Part shown: positions 11,692 to 59,103 of the stretch, piece after piece | Position numbering within the stretch: the stretch's first letter is position 1 | Layout: every line of letters starts with the position of its first letter | Origin: Lytechinus pictus | Lineage: Eukaryota | DNA length: 64,000 nucleotides | Direction of reading: 5' to 3' | NCBI RefSeq assembly: GCF_037042905.1 | Contig: NC_087245.1 | Location: forward strand, 30,754,001-30,818,000 | Notes under the pieces: model-generated | The model's input: the letters and a program-made list of their open reading frames with translations, nothing else | Told to the model about the DNA's origin: nothing | Databases searched by the model: none | Translations under genes and position numbers: made by a program

Positions 11692-14600
11692 TGTCAAGAA
11701 GACCACTTTTATTGTCTCATGGTGGTCTATGCATACATGTTTCGGGTTCCAACACAAGGGCCCCAAGGTAAAAGAAATGTGAGAAACTGGTTCATTTCCC
11801 TAATTACTTCAAAAGTGACAGAGATATTGCTTAGTTACTCAATGTGACTTTTATACCATCATATTATGCTTCAATCAATAATCTTCATCAAATGCCCTCG
11901 ATTGCTATCTGATCATAAAAACAAAAGTAGAGTTGGTCTAACACGCGTACATATATTTACATACAATACAGAACTAAACCATGTTCATCATTTCTTTGTG
12001 AAGTCAAACAAAGCGACCACAATCAACCTTTCTCTATCAAAAAAAGGCAGACACCATTTCTGCACCATCTGATATTATTTCAGTGAAGTTGCCGTGTACC
12101 CAATTCTTTTTCAGTAAAAAATAAGTTCATATTTCACAATCTGATATTGTTGAGGTGTTTAGTGAAATGTGAACCATCAATTGTCAGGCACAATGTATTG
12201 TTTGAACACCATTTGTACAAATCCCTAACTCTTCTATTTCTTAAGCATACCTTTGCCACATCAATATGTTTCCTGATGCAGTCTTTTCTTACTGCTGATA
12301 ACAATAAAAAAAAATTCATTGCTTTCAAACAACATGTACACTAAGGTTTAATAGACATCACAAAAACAACTTTTTTACAAGTTTGAATCGCTAAAAACAG
12401 ACCTCTTACAATATATCTCTCCCGTGTCTACAATTAATATTCTTATTACCTTGACTACTAGAACTATAACATCTTTTGCGCTAATTGAGGGCTGGAAGCC
12501 CAATATTTAAAGTGCATAAGGATTAAATATATACCATCAAGTGCTCAAAACATGTACCATAAATTTTGCAAGACAGAATTGCAGAAAGTTCATCTTTTTT
12601 TCTCAAGAAAGACAAGCTCATCTTTGTCAACATTTAACAATTTGATGTAGAATATTGAAACTTGGGTAACATAAATGGCCTCTCGTACTGGAAATGTTTA
12701 ACACGGAAGGTGACGTGTTGCAAGTTTAGATGCTGGTTTCCCCAGCTAATTTTGCATACATGATCGTTTTCTATAAAATTCAACAAACACAATGATCAAT
12801 TACAACAACATACAGAATCCTGCTTTGCTAAGACAATATTACTTGTAAATTTGACATAGTACTTTACGAGATCATCCATCACTTTAGGTGAACATGTTAC
12901 AATAATAAATAGGGCATTAGCTTTATAACGGGAGATAATAATGCACTAACATAACACATAACTTTACACAATATTGCCCAGACTGGAAGGTGTATTTTTA
13001 TTTTTTTCGCTCATTTATACTGTACGGAGATTGGCAGCTGAACAGAAGAGATATATATCCACAATACATCAATGAATATTCTGAGGAAAACCTGATTTGT
13101 TCAATTTGGCAAGGAAAATGAGTTGTAAATTTGCTTAATATTTTTAATATATACCCATACAATCCTTTCAGTCTGATTTAAAGGTTTTAACATCTTCATG
13201 TACCTGTATATACAACATTTTGGAAAAAAGCTTTCAGCTTTCAGCTTGCGAGGATCTGAAAGTATAATCTACTGTCCAAATGAATAAGAACAAAAAACCT
13301 GTCCCATTTTTCCTGTCAACGGTCAATACAGTTTGAATTCAAATATTAACGAGACGAATGTCCGCACTGGAATGTGGTCGAATCCAGTGTGTATGTATAC
13401 TGTCTATGTACACTGTGCAACACATTTACATACATGTAGAGTGGACATGATTGTACAGCATATTCAAGCTTGCTGGGTCATTCAGCTATTTATCAATCAA
13501 ATAAACTTGGTGGGAAATTATTATTGATATGAATCTTTAATAGACTGCTCTGCTTGTGTAATATCAGATTTTACACATGCAGGAGATTTAGACAGCATTT
13601 TTAAACTACACACAAAAAAATATATAGGTGGTTCAGAAATCAGAATGTCATATTCAGGTAGCAATATGACATGAACTATGCATATCTAGCTGCAATAACC
13701 ATAAAATCTACAAAGACTACGAAAATTATTCAAAGCAAACTTGTAGGTTGAGCTATAACTCATAGGAGATTATACCCAAATAATTCAATACTTCAAAGTT
13801 TGAATGGCAAGGGGCTTAACTGTCAAACTTACAAGAAGATATTCATCAAATATGATTACTTCACAAATGATCAAACTACAACCATTCTTGATTGATGATG
13901 TACAGTGTCATATTATTATGTTATAAAATAAAAACTACCAGTTCAAGTACTTTATAAAAGTAAGATAAAAAAACCAAACCCTTATTTTCATAGATAAATG
14001 GGTGTTAGTCGGGGAAAATTTAACAATATATAATGGTTATCTGAAGCAGATATAACTATTTCATATTAGATTTTATATTGCACTTGACTTATTTAACTTA
14101 TACGAATCTAGAAACAAGGCTCAAGAAATGAATTGTCCTAATATAAGCCTTGATTACATTATTGGTACAAAATGGATATATTCTTTTAAGGGTGTATGCA
14201 AGGATACAAATCTTCGGAACTAATAGTCTTAATTGATAATAAATAATGCAAAATCAATCTCTCTTTAGAAAACAGCAGGGTATCATACCCCCTCCTCCCT
14301 TCCTCACTGATCTCTCTCTCTCTCTTTAAGTCTGTATCTCTCTCTCCCTCTCTTACAGTGCCTTCAAATATCCTGTGATTTTTCACTCAAACATTAATTT
14401 CTTCAAATTTCGATCTTTTGGGGTAAATGGCTACTTACATTGTAAAAATCTCAAGGTAAAGCCATACATGTATTTATGTTTCTGCCGTGCATTCCAAAAA
14501 TAGGAAAATATACAATTACTTCAAAGTAAGAAACATATTTTACATTTATATGTGAATGCCTGTGCTCCTCTAAATATAACTACAGAATCTATAACCCAAA

Positions 14601-15039
14601 GTAAAGATTCGAAATGCAGCAATACAATGTCTTCTACATGTATGTGGTTCAATGTATCATTAGATTTTTACTACTAGTACCCCGTATTTGAATCAGAACT
14701 GGGCCAAAATTACATTGCCTTTAATTTCAAATGGGATCCTCTATCATTAAATTGCATTGGCTGAATTTGAAATGCACAGTTATGGAGGGATTATAAGGAT
14801 ATAAGGTGATAAGGAAAATCAATATATTCAAAATCTAATTCATTTGGTATCTACATTAAAACACTTCAGTCCCTGTCAGTCATGCAACATACAGATACTT
14901 TGTCAGGGTGAGTATTGCTGAAATTGATACCTTTACAGGACCCTTTGAAGCTACAATAAGAAATTGCTTACAAGTGAAGAGGCTGAAGAGGCTGTGGGCT
15001 TAAAATTGGCAAATACATGTACATCAACAAATACTGTAT

Positions 15040-15222
15040 CAGGTGATCTAGACTGGTCACATGATTTGTCACATGATGTGTTTCTACACACACAAACTAT
15101 CTTGTATCACATGATCTTGAATGGTCACGTAATTGTCACATGACATGTGATTCTAAATACATCAACTAACATAGAATCAGGTGATCTTGACTGGTCACAT
15201 GATTAGTCACATGACATTGATT
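15040..15222. repeat. About 70-nt x3 tandem repeat rich in GTCACATGA
   Basis: Unit CAGGTGATCT..ACTGGTCACATGATT.GTCACATGA. Confidence 0.75.
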
Positions 15223-16925
15223 CTATTTCTAACAGTCTTTATCTACAAGTAGCCATGCTTACAAGTATTCACATATTCTTCTAAGTGATTCATCACCCAC
15301 CAATGGCACAATATACAGTTACAAACTCTTTGATAAACGACTTTTGACATTCTAAAAAATAGTGGTACATGTAGATACATCCATTATCCAAAAGATTACA
15401 CATACATGTATATAATCAAATAAATTATCTATTCCATGGAAAATACATATATATAAAAATTTGTGCTGTACTTTCTATGTCTATCTTTTTTTTCTCAAAA
15501 AAGGTCACACAAGGATCACGATTAAAACATTTATTTACAAATTATTATTCTTTTTTTTTTACTGATGCAGCCATCAGCTGTTTCAGGTTGAAATAAATAA
15601 ATCAAGGAACTCTTGGTGCTCTCATTCTCCCTCTCTCTATTCCCTAAGATAGAAATATCCATCTTGTCGGATGTCTCCAAACTGACTACCATCATCATCA
15701 TTCATCATCACCATTCATCATAATCATATTCCTTTCAATTGCGACTTCCCGGGCTGTGTCTCGTGCTTTCACATATCCATCATGGTGTTATTTTTTCATA
15801 TCAATTCAAACGGGTTTAGGGCTTAGGACACATACAAAATGTTAGAAAAGTTTTGCAAAGATTGAAAATCTTGCAAACACTATTGCAGTACTCTGATATT
15901 TAATAATAGAAAGTGTTTTTTTATAAGAAAATAGTATTCTTACATTTCTCGCCATTGTGTGGAAAAAAATTGGGGGAAATTTTATTTTCAGTGTTTTACA
16001 CACACAAAAAATTTGAATACTGTACAAAGTGTAAAAGTTACATGTACATGTAGCATCTCTGATTTTAGATTCATATATGGTCCAAGGCCGAGTGTTTTTC
16101 AAACATCATAAGCATATACCGCAGATTTGATTTGCAAGTTGAAGCAGCATCGGTGATCAATGTATGACATATTTAGATTGTCCTTATTCTGATATATGCA
16201 GCATAGCAGAACATGACGTTTCAGATAATACCTTGCCTAAGGTAAGAATGCCATATAGCTTTTCAATGCAAAAAATCAGAATTTAAATCATAATGTTTTT
16301 ATATTTTTTAACCCTTGTATACTGGAAGCAGGTGATCACTGTACGAATCCTGTGGGAATCATATAATTCAGTATTCAACGGGTTAACCCCTTGCCTACTG
16401 ATACTGGGTGATCCCTGTACAAAGCCTATAGAAATCATAGAATCCGGTAGTCATCAGATCAACCCATTGCCTACTGAAACCAGGTGATCAATGTACAAAG
16501 CCTATGGGAATCACAGAACTCAGTAGTCAACAGGTTAATATCAATGTGGAGGAATATCAGCCAATCAATATTTTCTGTTGCATGAAGACCAGACATCAAC
16601 TGCTTGACTTCCAAATGATTTTATTGATATGGGAAAAAGTCAATCACAAGTGTAGGTTAAGGTAATGCTTCCTAGAGCTACATGTATATGGTTTTTCTTC
16701 AATCTTCGATGGCATTAACTCCATGGACTCACTTCATTAAACTACGCAGCATAAGGTGAATATTCAGGTTCTGCAATGCATGATGTGCGACTTGTCCGAG
16801 GTGGGCCATGATTTTCATAAAATGGATTTCAGAATAAGGGTCTTGTAGATAATGTAAACCACCGAATAACCTCACTTTTTCAAAATTCACACGAACATAA
16901 ATCCGATATGTGCAGCATGTTATGA

Positions 16926-17389
16926 CAGACCTGCCAACCTCTGGGAATGAAAAAGTGTATTCTGTGATTTAAAAAATTGTATTTTTCCCCAAAAAAGTGT
17001 ATTTCATAATAAAATGCGTGGCGCACTCGCTCATCGTGGCGCTCAAGCTGCATGCAAACTAAAATGCGCACTGCTCTTGTAGATGAAAAATAAAAACATT
17101 TAAATATGTGTATATCTCACCCTGGTTTTAACAAAATGATTGAAAAAAAAACAAATTTACCTGAAATTACATTGATCTAATACCCATATTTGTGTAAGTT
17201 TTATGAAATAGAGACATATAGAGATGATTTTTTTCAATAAATTACGATTTTGTAAAAAAAAAAAAAAAAAAAATAATAATAATTGTTTTTATATACAAAA
17301 ACATATTTTTTAAAGAAAAAAACGTACTGCCGTATTTTGGTTGCAAAAACGTACTAAATACGCCAAAAACGTACTGGTTGGCAGGTCTG
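16926..17389. mobile_element. MITE with 6-bp TSD (hAT6-like)
   Basis: Perfect 14-bp TIR CAGACCTGCCAACC; TSD TTATGA on both sides. Confidence 0.9.
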
Positions 17390-18773
17390 TTATGACCCCA
17401 TAGACCTTGAAGCTGTTCGTGCGAATACACACAAACTGTGAGGACTCCATTGTCAAGAAGGGGAGAATTCAAAGATTGCGTCATGAGATATCATGCCTGG
17501 TGGGACAATTTTTTATCATGTCTTTGAAATAGACCAGTTCCTAGTTACCTCATGGGCAATTTTGGTCAAATGACCTTTAATTTATTTCATCATGATCAGC
17601 AGATTTCAAAGAAAGATATCATGTAAGCATGCCTCACATAGCAGGCTGCAGAAATTGCATAGACCAGGTGACTAGAATAGCAAACCAATGCAAACACTCT
17701 GTGAAGGTTTTTGTTGCATTTCTTCTTTGAATGCAGAGTACTTGGCTAACTGTTAAAACCAGTGTTAGTGGATGCATTGTTGCTTTTTGGTGGATCTAGT
17801 GAAAAACACATTTCAAAAGAATATATGAATAATCAAGACATCAAAGATGGTGCTTATCTCATTAAATATTACCCCCCGTCACTTTAGTTCAATGACCTTC
17901 TTCTGATCATGCGCAGAATGGAACTACGAACTGGCTTATTGCTGTGTAGGAGAACTGATATTACGACCAACATCCTAAAACTTTCCATAGAATATTAATA
18001 CTTTCCTCTGTTACTGATCATTCATATCTTGCAAGATCTCTCCTGTACGTTATCTCCTAACAAGTCACTCTGATGCAGCTTATAAATTATGTTTTCCATT
18101 TGATCACCGACTTAAGCATAATTCATATCCTATCAAAAGGTCTTACTAATATTTTTTTTCAAATTAACACGTACAACTGAAAATCGTAGTGTTCATACTT
18201 ATCATATACAGGTCTGTAAAAAAATAACCCAGACCCGATTCAAGAAAATACTGAGAACAAACATTTTGTCCCAGACTGGCCATCCTTCTAATCGTTCTAA
18301 TCAAGGTGCACGTTATTAAGCTCAACATTGGTGGCAAAATCTTTACCCGTCATTTTATTACTGTACGTCTTTACCCCGTGCTGACATGTAGAAAACCCAT
18401 GTTAAGTGAGATCATTCTTGATAACCTACATGTGTAGGCACATTACAAGATCAATATAAAGATGGCAAGCATCTGCCCTCCATTAGTTTCCAGTTCAAGC
18501 TCCTCTGCAGAGGAATTGGATCCCTACTGACCTCAGGTATGGGCTCAATTGACCTCTGACATTAAGGTCAAATTTTGGGGTCTCGAGGTCAACCTAAGTC
18601 TGGAGGTCAACAAACAACAAGTGTAATATCTCAAACATAAGCCACATAACACATTGAAAACAACAGAATTGTGTGAGGATTTATTTTTTCATGAATGTTG
18701 ACTCCTTTTCGAGATACCTTCACCTCCAAACCCAGCTTACCATGCAGCATAAGAACGAATGACCCTTGACCTC

Positions 18774-51963
<33,190 letters not shown>

Positions 51964-52059
51964 GTCTTAATTTCAGTTGAATGTCGCTGTTAGGCCATAA
52001 TAAACTGGGCATTGAGTTGTATTTTGAAACAAATTCACCGTTCGGTTCTTCTCCGGTTT

Positions 52060-52250
52060 GTTTCTTACTCCATCTTCGCGAATCTCATATTTGTTTACTT
52101 TCTTATTATGATTTTTAGGCGGAAGTAATAGTAGTAAGCCAAGGGTCAGTCGGTCTCAGACAGTTTCAACTGCGCGTGCGCATTTCAATTACTGGAGTCA
52201 GAGACATGATACAAATGAAGTCCTTGCTCCCCTCTTCCTTTATTGGGGTG
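52060..52250 (-). promoter_or_regulatory. Probable Argonaute core promoter (TATA-less, housekeeping type)
   Basis: 100-290 nt upstream of the start ATG: ETS motif GCGGAAGT (52119-52126), NRF1-consensus TGCGCACGCGCA (52171-52182) and a minus-strand CCAAT box (52242-52246). TSS not determined. Confidence 0.55.
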
Positions 52251-52389
52251 CATGGCGGGGTTAATTTTGTTTCAAGTTTTTTTTTTTTTTCATTCATGTT
52301 TTTATTGATAAATCATCAACATACAAATCATTTACATCAAATTCCACTATAAAAGTAACATAAAAAAATCAAAGATAAATCAAAATATA

Positions 52390-54462
52390 CACAACAAAAA
52401 AAGTAAGTCCCCCCTTAAACAAACATCAATAATTTCCGAACCAATCCGAGTTTTTAATATATTTTTACATGAGCGTGTAGGTAATTTTATAAGCTATCCT
52501 CTGAGTAAAAGTTATGGACGTATTTTACGTCATGCTTCAGTGAGCACCGTCAGAAGGCGAAAATGTCACTTTTCATAAGTCACAAGCCAAATATCATTAC
52601 TTTGATTCCATTTTATTGGAACTAATTCCACATTCTCATCATGAAAAATAGTCAGAAGACTTGTATAAAAGGTACTTTCTAAAAGACGATAAATTTCACG
52701 GTTGAATAAACACAAGTCCAAATTTGCTATAATTGGATGTCGGTTTTACACATTTCTATCAATAAAAATGATAGAATATGATGACAGTTATTTTTGGGAA
52801 GAGTTTCTTCAACAATTTTCATCGTTTCACGGTTCAATGAACATTTATTGAAAAACCAAAAATACGATTTTCAAATATCATAGGCATGTGTTGTTTCATT
52901 TTGGTAACTGAAAATGATCTTTTCTCAACTTTTTCGTTATGTTCATGACCAATTAACACGCTTCAATGATTCAAAGGCGTTTAATTAAACATTCACGCTT
53001 GAATGAACATGTGGAATGTGATTAGCTCTTTTTTACGTTATTGGAAAAAATGCAATTTGTAACTATGGATATCTGTCACAAACCTCCTTGCATAGTTCAT
53101 TTGATTTGATTTTTATGAAAATCCCGATGTTTAATGCATCCGTCAGTGAGCACACAATATTAAAAAATTATGCAAATGAGAAGAAAGTTCAAGGCCTTGG
53201 CCCCACTCTGTGCCGTATCGAATGGTTATTTTGGTGTGCGCGCCTTTTGGATAGTGTTACTCTGAAACCATGTGCGAAGTTTCATGAAATAACTGTTGGC
53301 AGAAGTAACAAAAACCGTCCATGAAACAAACCCTCATTTCATATTTGTTAAAATTTTGACTTCCTCTCTCATAGACTTGTGTACATTATGGGTGCATATG
53401 TTTAAGAATAAGTAATCCCTTATTCAATATGGTGGAACTTTTTTTCAAGGCTGTCTTTAGCAATGTCATTTGGCAGTAATGTTTATCAACCTATGGGCAG
53501 AATTCTGTGCAGAAATGAAATCTATTTGTTTATTTATGGATGAGTGAGCACGCATTAAAGAGGGAAAATTTGTATTTTCAATGTCACAGACTCATTTTAA
53601 AGGGTAATAAAGTGAATATTGGGGGGCAAATTCGGTTTCAAATGTTACTTTAATTGCTGTTGTTTTTATCATCCATCATTTCTATCACCACACACTTTCC
53701 GAACTTTAAATATTTTCATGGTTGAGCGAGCACATTCGAAAACTTAGGAATGAATACTCTTTATTCTGCATAAATGTATTCTATTCCTAACAATTTCTCA
53801 TGATCAGTTTAATTTATAGACAAATCAGTGGTGGATCCAGAATTTTAAAATGGGGGAGGGGCCTACAAACTGGGGAGACAACAACATGTTCAAACTTTAA
53901 CATGATCTAACAAGTTGTAGAGGATACTTACATAAACCCCTATGATGATACGTCACAATACAGGGGCCGCAGAACGGTTTTCAAAGTGGGGGGGGGGGGC
54001 TGTCCATGCAAAAAATCACAATCATATGGTCATTTTACATTTTTGTACATGCTTTTGGAAAAAAGTGGGGGCTGGGGGGCTCCAAAAGCACCCCCACTTC
54101 CGCGGCCCCTGCAATACATTGTGCTTATATACTCAACCATGATCACACGATATGAAAATTGTGTGTGGAGTGGCTAAATGATGGATAGTAAAACTGCATA
54201 ACACCATAAAATTCACCTAAAAACAACTTTTGCCCAACTTTGTATTTGCACAATCTGAAAAACGACTCTTGTGACTTTCACAAATGGTCATTTTGAATTC
54301 AATCTTTAATTACTCATGCATGACTCAACCGATCAATTTCATTTTTAAACAGGAGTTGCTTAATGAGTGTAGAAAACCACCTACGAAATATCATATCTCA
54401 AAATAATTCCCTTCAAAAGTTACAGCAATTTGATTTAGGGGGGACTTACTTTTTTTGTTGTG
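52390..54462. mobile_element. 2.1-kb Tc1-like non-autonomous transposon upstream of Argonaute
   Basis: Perfect TIR CACAACAAAAAAAGTAAGTCCCCCCT, TA TSD. Confidence 0.9.
53961..54111. mobile_element. Family B MITE (5-bp TSD) nested in the Tc1-like element
   Basis: TIR CAGGGGCCGC(A/G)GAA; TSD CAATA. Confidence 0.9.
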
Positions 54463-54709
54463 TATATATACAAAAGATTGGATACCACAGTCTCACCATG
54501 CCGGAGCTTGCTCTATGGTCTCACAATCCCTTCCCTTTAGGAATTTTTCCTTTTTCCCCTCAAGTATTAACCCTCTTTTATTCATTTTGCATCCTCTGTT
54601 CATTTCCTGTATATCAGTTATCTCGATTTGCATTTTTTTCGATGGATGTTGATAAGCTCTCGTTCCTGCTGTCTAAAATCCTCTCCTCTCTCCTGTCATA
54701 ACCATCAAT

Positions 54710-55660
54710 TAATCATCATCATCATCATCATCATCTTCATCATCATCAGAAGCAGCATCATCATCATCATGGGCGGAAATCCCAGGGGGGACAGGCGGGA
54801 CGTGTCCCCGGCCCCTACTCAAAATAGTATGGGGGACACAATATCAAATGTCCCCCCTACTATTTCTGATCTTTTATGATGGTAAGAAATTCATCATTCA
54901 AAATCGAAATAAAACATGCATTTTAGGACGAGATGACCTTACTTTTGTGATGATAACTTTTTTTTTTTTTTTTCCTTGTCAAATTTATTTTCGTCGAAAG
55001 AAATGACCTGAAATTTGGCGTGGTAGCCTTTTTTTTTTGCTTGTCAAGCATCCAGCCCCTTGTCCCCCCTACCTTTTGGGAGAGATTTCCGCCCCTGATC
55101 ATCATTATCGTCGTCGTCACGGCGTCGTCATCACATCATCGACTCGATCATTATCATCATCATTACCATCATCATCATCGTCGTCTTCATCATTATCATC
55201 CGCATCGTCGTCATAATCATCACCATCATCGTCATCACCAACATCCTATCATCATCATCTTCAACATCATCATCATCATTGTCTTATTCACAATCACATT
55301 GTCCAATCCTGGCAGTAAAGTCCTTAGGGATTTTTTAAAATTGAAATGACTGAATTGAATTGTTGAATTGTTGTGTGTGTTTGTTATCGGAAATTGCAAG
55401 AATCGATGAAGAAATGCAAAATGTTCAAGGGCAGCATGAATATTGAGTGTACGCACCCAAGGCAATTGCCTACGTCGCATCAGTGCTGATGCAAGCCTGG
55501 AACACGGCCCCGACATCATATTTGAAATCATCATCATTTACATTATAACTTGTATCACCATATCATCATCATCACCATCGCCATCATCATGATCATCGAT
55601 CATCATCATCATAATCATCACCATCATCTCCAATACCATCGCCACCACTCGACTACTATT
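54710..55660. repeat. Interrupted (CAT)n/(CGT)n microsatellite field
   Basis: Tracts at about 54710-54767, 55098-55280 and 55528-55650. Confidence 0.85.
54768..55097. mobile_element. hAT-like MITE family A, uninterrupted 330-bp copy
   Basis: CATGGGCGGAAATC / GATTTCCGCCCCTG; 8-bp flanks ATCATCAT; inverted relative to 512-3633. Confidence 0.9.
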
Positions 55661-56224
55661 CCAATTTGGGTATCATCACTATGACATGTAAGTCTTTCAA
55701 ATGTTTTGTATTTGCAAATTTCTTGAATATGCTGAATTTTTATTCACCATTAAATGACGTTAGTAATATAAAAAGAATACCCCCCCCCCCAAAAAAAAAA
55801 GCTAGGGTGGTACAAAAAATACATTTGGGGGGGGGGGTAGCGGGGACGAACCAAAGTTGACGAACTTTTTTTCTCTGTGGGATGAAAGGCAAATAAATTG
55901 AAATAAAACCGAAAGGGAACACATGTGGCGGTCTAATTTAAGATGTTATCTTTATTCCGTATATACATAAAAATAGATCATCATAATAACATGTATCTAC
56001 TCAGAAATATTCATAAACATATGCAACAAATAGAAATGTGATCAAAATGAATACGGTGTTTCAAATACAGTTTCAATGGAATTTTTAGTGTAAATCAAGG
56101 AAGCTTAACTATGTCGGGGACATTATGAAGAAAAAAATATGACACATTGAATTAAGAAAATTGTCATCTGTTAAAATAAGTAAATGTGTTGTACTACCGC
56201 GATGTATGAAATAATCCGGCGACT

Positions 56225-56630
56225 CGTTCAGCAGATTTGCTGAATTTCCTATTACTCGTCACCTCATTTTGGTTCTATATCGATTTTTTTTTTGTATAAA
56301 AAACTGCTCGTCATCTCATTTTAAATAATCTGATTTGCGAAATTCCTATTTCTCATCGCCTCCTTCCTTTTGATTAAGTCAAGTTGTTGTGTTAAAGTTA
56401 TTCGGTACCTCATTTTAACAAGTTGATTTGAATTTTGCATAATTCCCATTATTCGTCACCTCATTTGATTGGTTCAATGTGTTATATTGTAAATATTCGG
56501 CATCTCGTTTTAAACAACTCAGTTTTCTGAATTCCCATTAGACATACTCGTCACCTCATTTCAATTAAATTGTTTCAAGCAATTCGATTTTTAGAATTCC
56601 CAGTACAGGAAACTCATTTTAAACAAGTGA
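56225..56630. repeat. Degenerate minisatellite (about 95-nt period)
   Basis: AATTCC(C/T)ATT..TCGTCACCTCATTT-like motif at about 56243, 56341, 56441 and 56530. Confidence 0.65.
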
Positions 56631-57063
56631 ATATGGCAAATGAAAAAAAAAATCGTTATTTCGACGTGCCATCTGTGAATACCTGTAAGTGACTTGCCAA
56701 GAAACAACAATCCATCTCTCATTAATGTTTGAACTTGCCTAATTTTTATGACGTCTTCTCTTGTGTTCACGCATCTATAAAGATTTGCATAAATTTATAA
56801 ATACCATGGCATATTAGTAGTGAAGGAATGTCGTCATCAAATAGATAACCAGTATTTCGAACTGCATCGACCGGATATAACTAAAAAAATAAGTTAGCAG
56901 TTAAAACTGTAATACAAGGGAAATATATTGTAAATTGATCTTTATCAAGGCACATTTGTATTTTATTCCATTTTTTAACATACAAGAAAATTTATCAAAT
57001 GCATAAAAAAATACATGATTATTCTATAGAGGTAAAACCTCATACAGCTGCCAATGCAATAAC

Positions 57064-57095
<32 letters not shown>

Positions 57096-59103
57096 ACAAG
57101 GCACCTAGTACTGTTAAAATACAATTTACATTTCAAATAATCTGTCCCAAATATAATATATTATATATTGTGCATATACTCATGCTCTTCCCCCGACCAT
57201 TAAAACTTCAACTGCGTTCACCCTAAAATGGGAACTACATCCTGGCATCAAGCTGGTTTTACTAATGACATCAGAAAAATAACGACAGCATCAAGTGAAG
57301 GTGCGACCCAAAAATCTATCAAAGAATAATTAAATTATGATTGGATCCTGTGACGTTGCATATGGGAGCAACTAAGCCATACATACACGTAATTAAACAA
57401 AATCCAAAAATTAGATTTTTAATGGCCAATATTCCATGAAGACTATTTTTTCTTTGCTCTTAGAGGCGTTCGTGCAATAATGTTCCTGAATGATGTTTCT
57501 CAATTTTCTGAGAAAAACACTTAGTCTGTAATTTATATCACATCCGGGGAACTGCTTGCGTACGACGATACAGAACAAAACGTTTCACAACTTCGTTTAT
57601 CTGTTAAAAAATTTCGCCAAACTGTCATTGGGTTATTTTATCTCATCATTTTTTTGTTTTACTAAAAACAGATTTACTTCAGGGTTAACGTCCCCTTTAA
57701 CGGTACACATGAATAATATAGTACTTTAAATTGTAAATATAGATTTGAAAGACATCTAGTGAGTTGTTCAAACTTGTGAACCGACCTGCAAAATGAAGTG
57801 ACATGACAATTGTACTTCATTATAAACAGAAAATAGAAATAAGATAATAGATAAATCCGCTTTTATATAGCACTTAATACATCTGAATGACGTCTCTCAG
57901 TGCTTTATAGATATATTTCAAAACGGATGCTATTTGTAAATGGAGAGTGGATGTAAAGGAAATTAGGAGAAAGACAGCAAGGAGAAGACAAATGCCCTTA
58001 TGGAAGAATTATATGCGTGTGAATGAAGCGAGCAAAAGCGCAGCAAGCCTTTCTTCAAAATGTTTTTTTCTCTCTCTCTTTAAGGATAGTTTTTTTTATT
58101 TTCATATTTGGAAGTGACTAACATCCCCTATCAAAATACGGTAGAGTTAAAGGAGATAAATACCGCCCCACTCCCCTCACACACACACACACACCCCCAT
58201 AATGACAAAATAATTGGGGTCCCTTTTCATAAAAAAAATTACAATGAATTCACTATCAGCCAATCAAATCGAATGATTTCAGTAGCGTAAAACAATAAGG
58301 CAAATTTGTTGAAATAAGTTCTATGAAATGGGCCCCTGAAGATAATGAAAATGATAAAAAATGAGAAGGAGCATATTATGAAAGAGGTCGACGTAAGACA
58401 CAGAGGAGGGACTGCAAGAGAAGGTTAAGTGAAAGAAACAGAAATAAACAAGAGGGAAAATAGTTGTTCCATTATAGAGGGAAACGATATTATGAGAGAG
58501 AGGGGGAGGGGGTAGAGAACCGTTGAGATGCATTAAAAAAGAGGGGAGTGACATTTCATTGCAGAAATAAAATAGCCTTGAAAATACGAAATTCAATACA
58601 TATCATTTCACATTAAGAAATAACATTTTTGAATACATCAAAGCAATGGAAAGACTTTTGATTGCGAATAATTTTGAAGATCTTTAAGGCCTTCGAACTG
58701 TATCAATAGCGATTGTGGCATCATGGCAAATCTACGATTTGATAGGCCTACTTTGATAAATATACAATAGAATTTACTTATGAGGTAATTTGTATTGCGA
58801 CAAGTTCGTCTTTGTCTTGGCAGAAATACAAATGATTATCATCTGCTATATATAGGACTATACAAATTAAATATTTCCACCCGCCGGATGGCGTAGATCA
58901 AGCATGATATTACACAATAAAAACTATGTTTCAAATCTTTTATACAACGATGTTTTAAACTGCAAATTTCAATTTTCAATATTCAATCATCAATAATTTA
59001 TGCATAGTTTTTTTTTAAACTATTAAAAAGCTGTTGTAAAGTATAGTGAACAGCGTTGAATATTTTTTTTTATCGGCGTTTTTACTTTTACTGTTTCGCG
59101 TCT

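Larger units (their letters stand above)
9210..18773 (-). other. Putative long Argonaute 3' UTR
   Basis: ORF-poor and U-rich on the minus strand; minus-strand AATAAA at 15530-15535 and 9227-9232. The real end cannot be fixed from sequence alone. Confidence 0.35.

Noticed and set aside
16140..16540. About 76-nt degenerate repeat (GGTGATCA.TGTAC) in the putative UTR
   Set aside because: Old, highly diverged minisatellite with no link to exon sequence or recognisable motif
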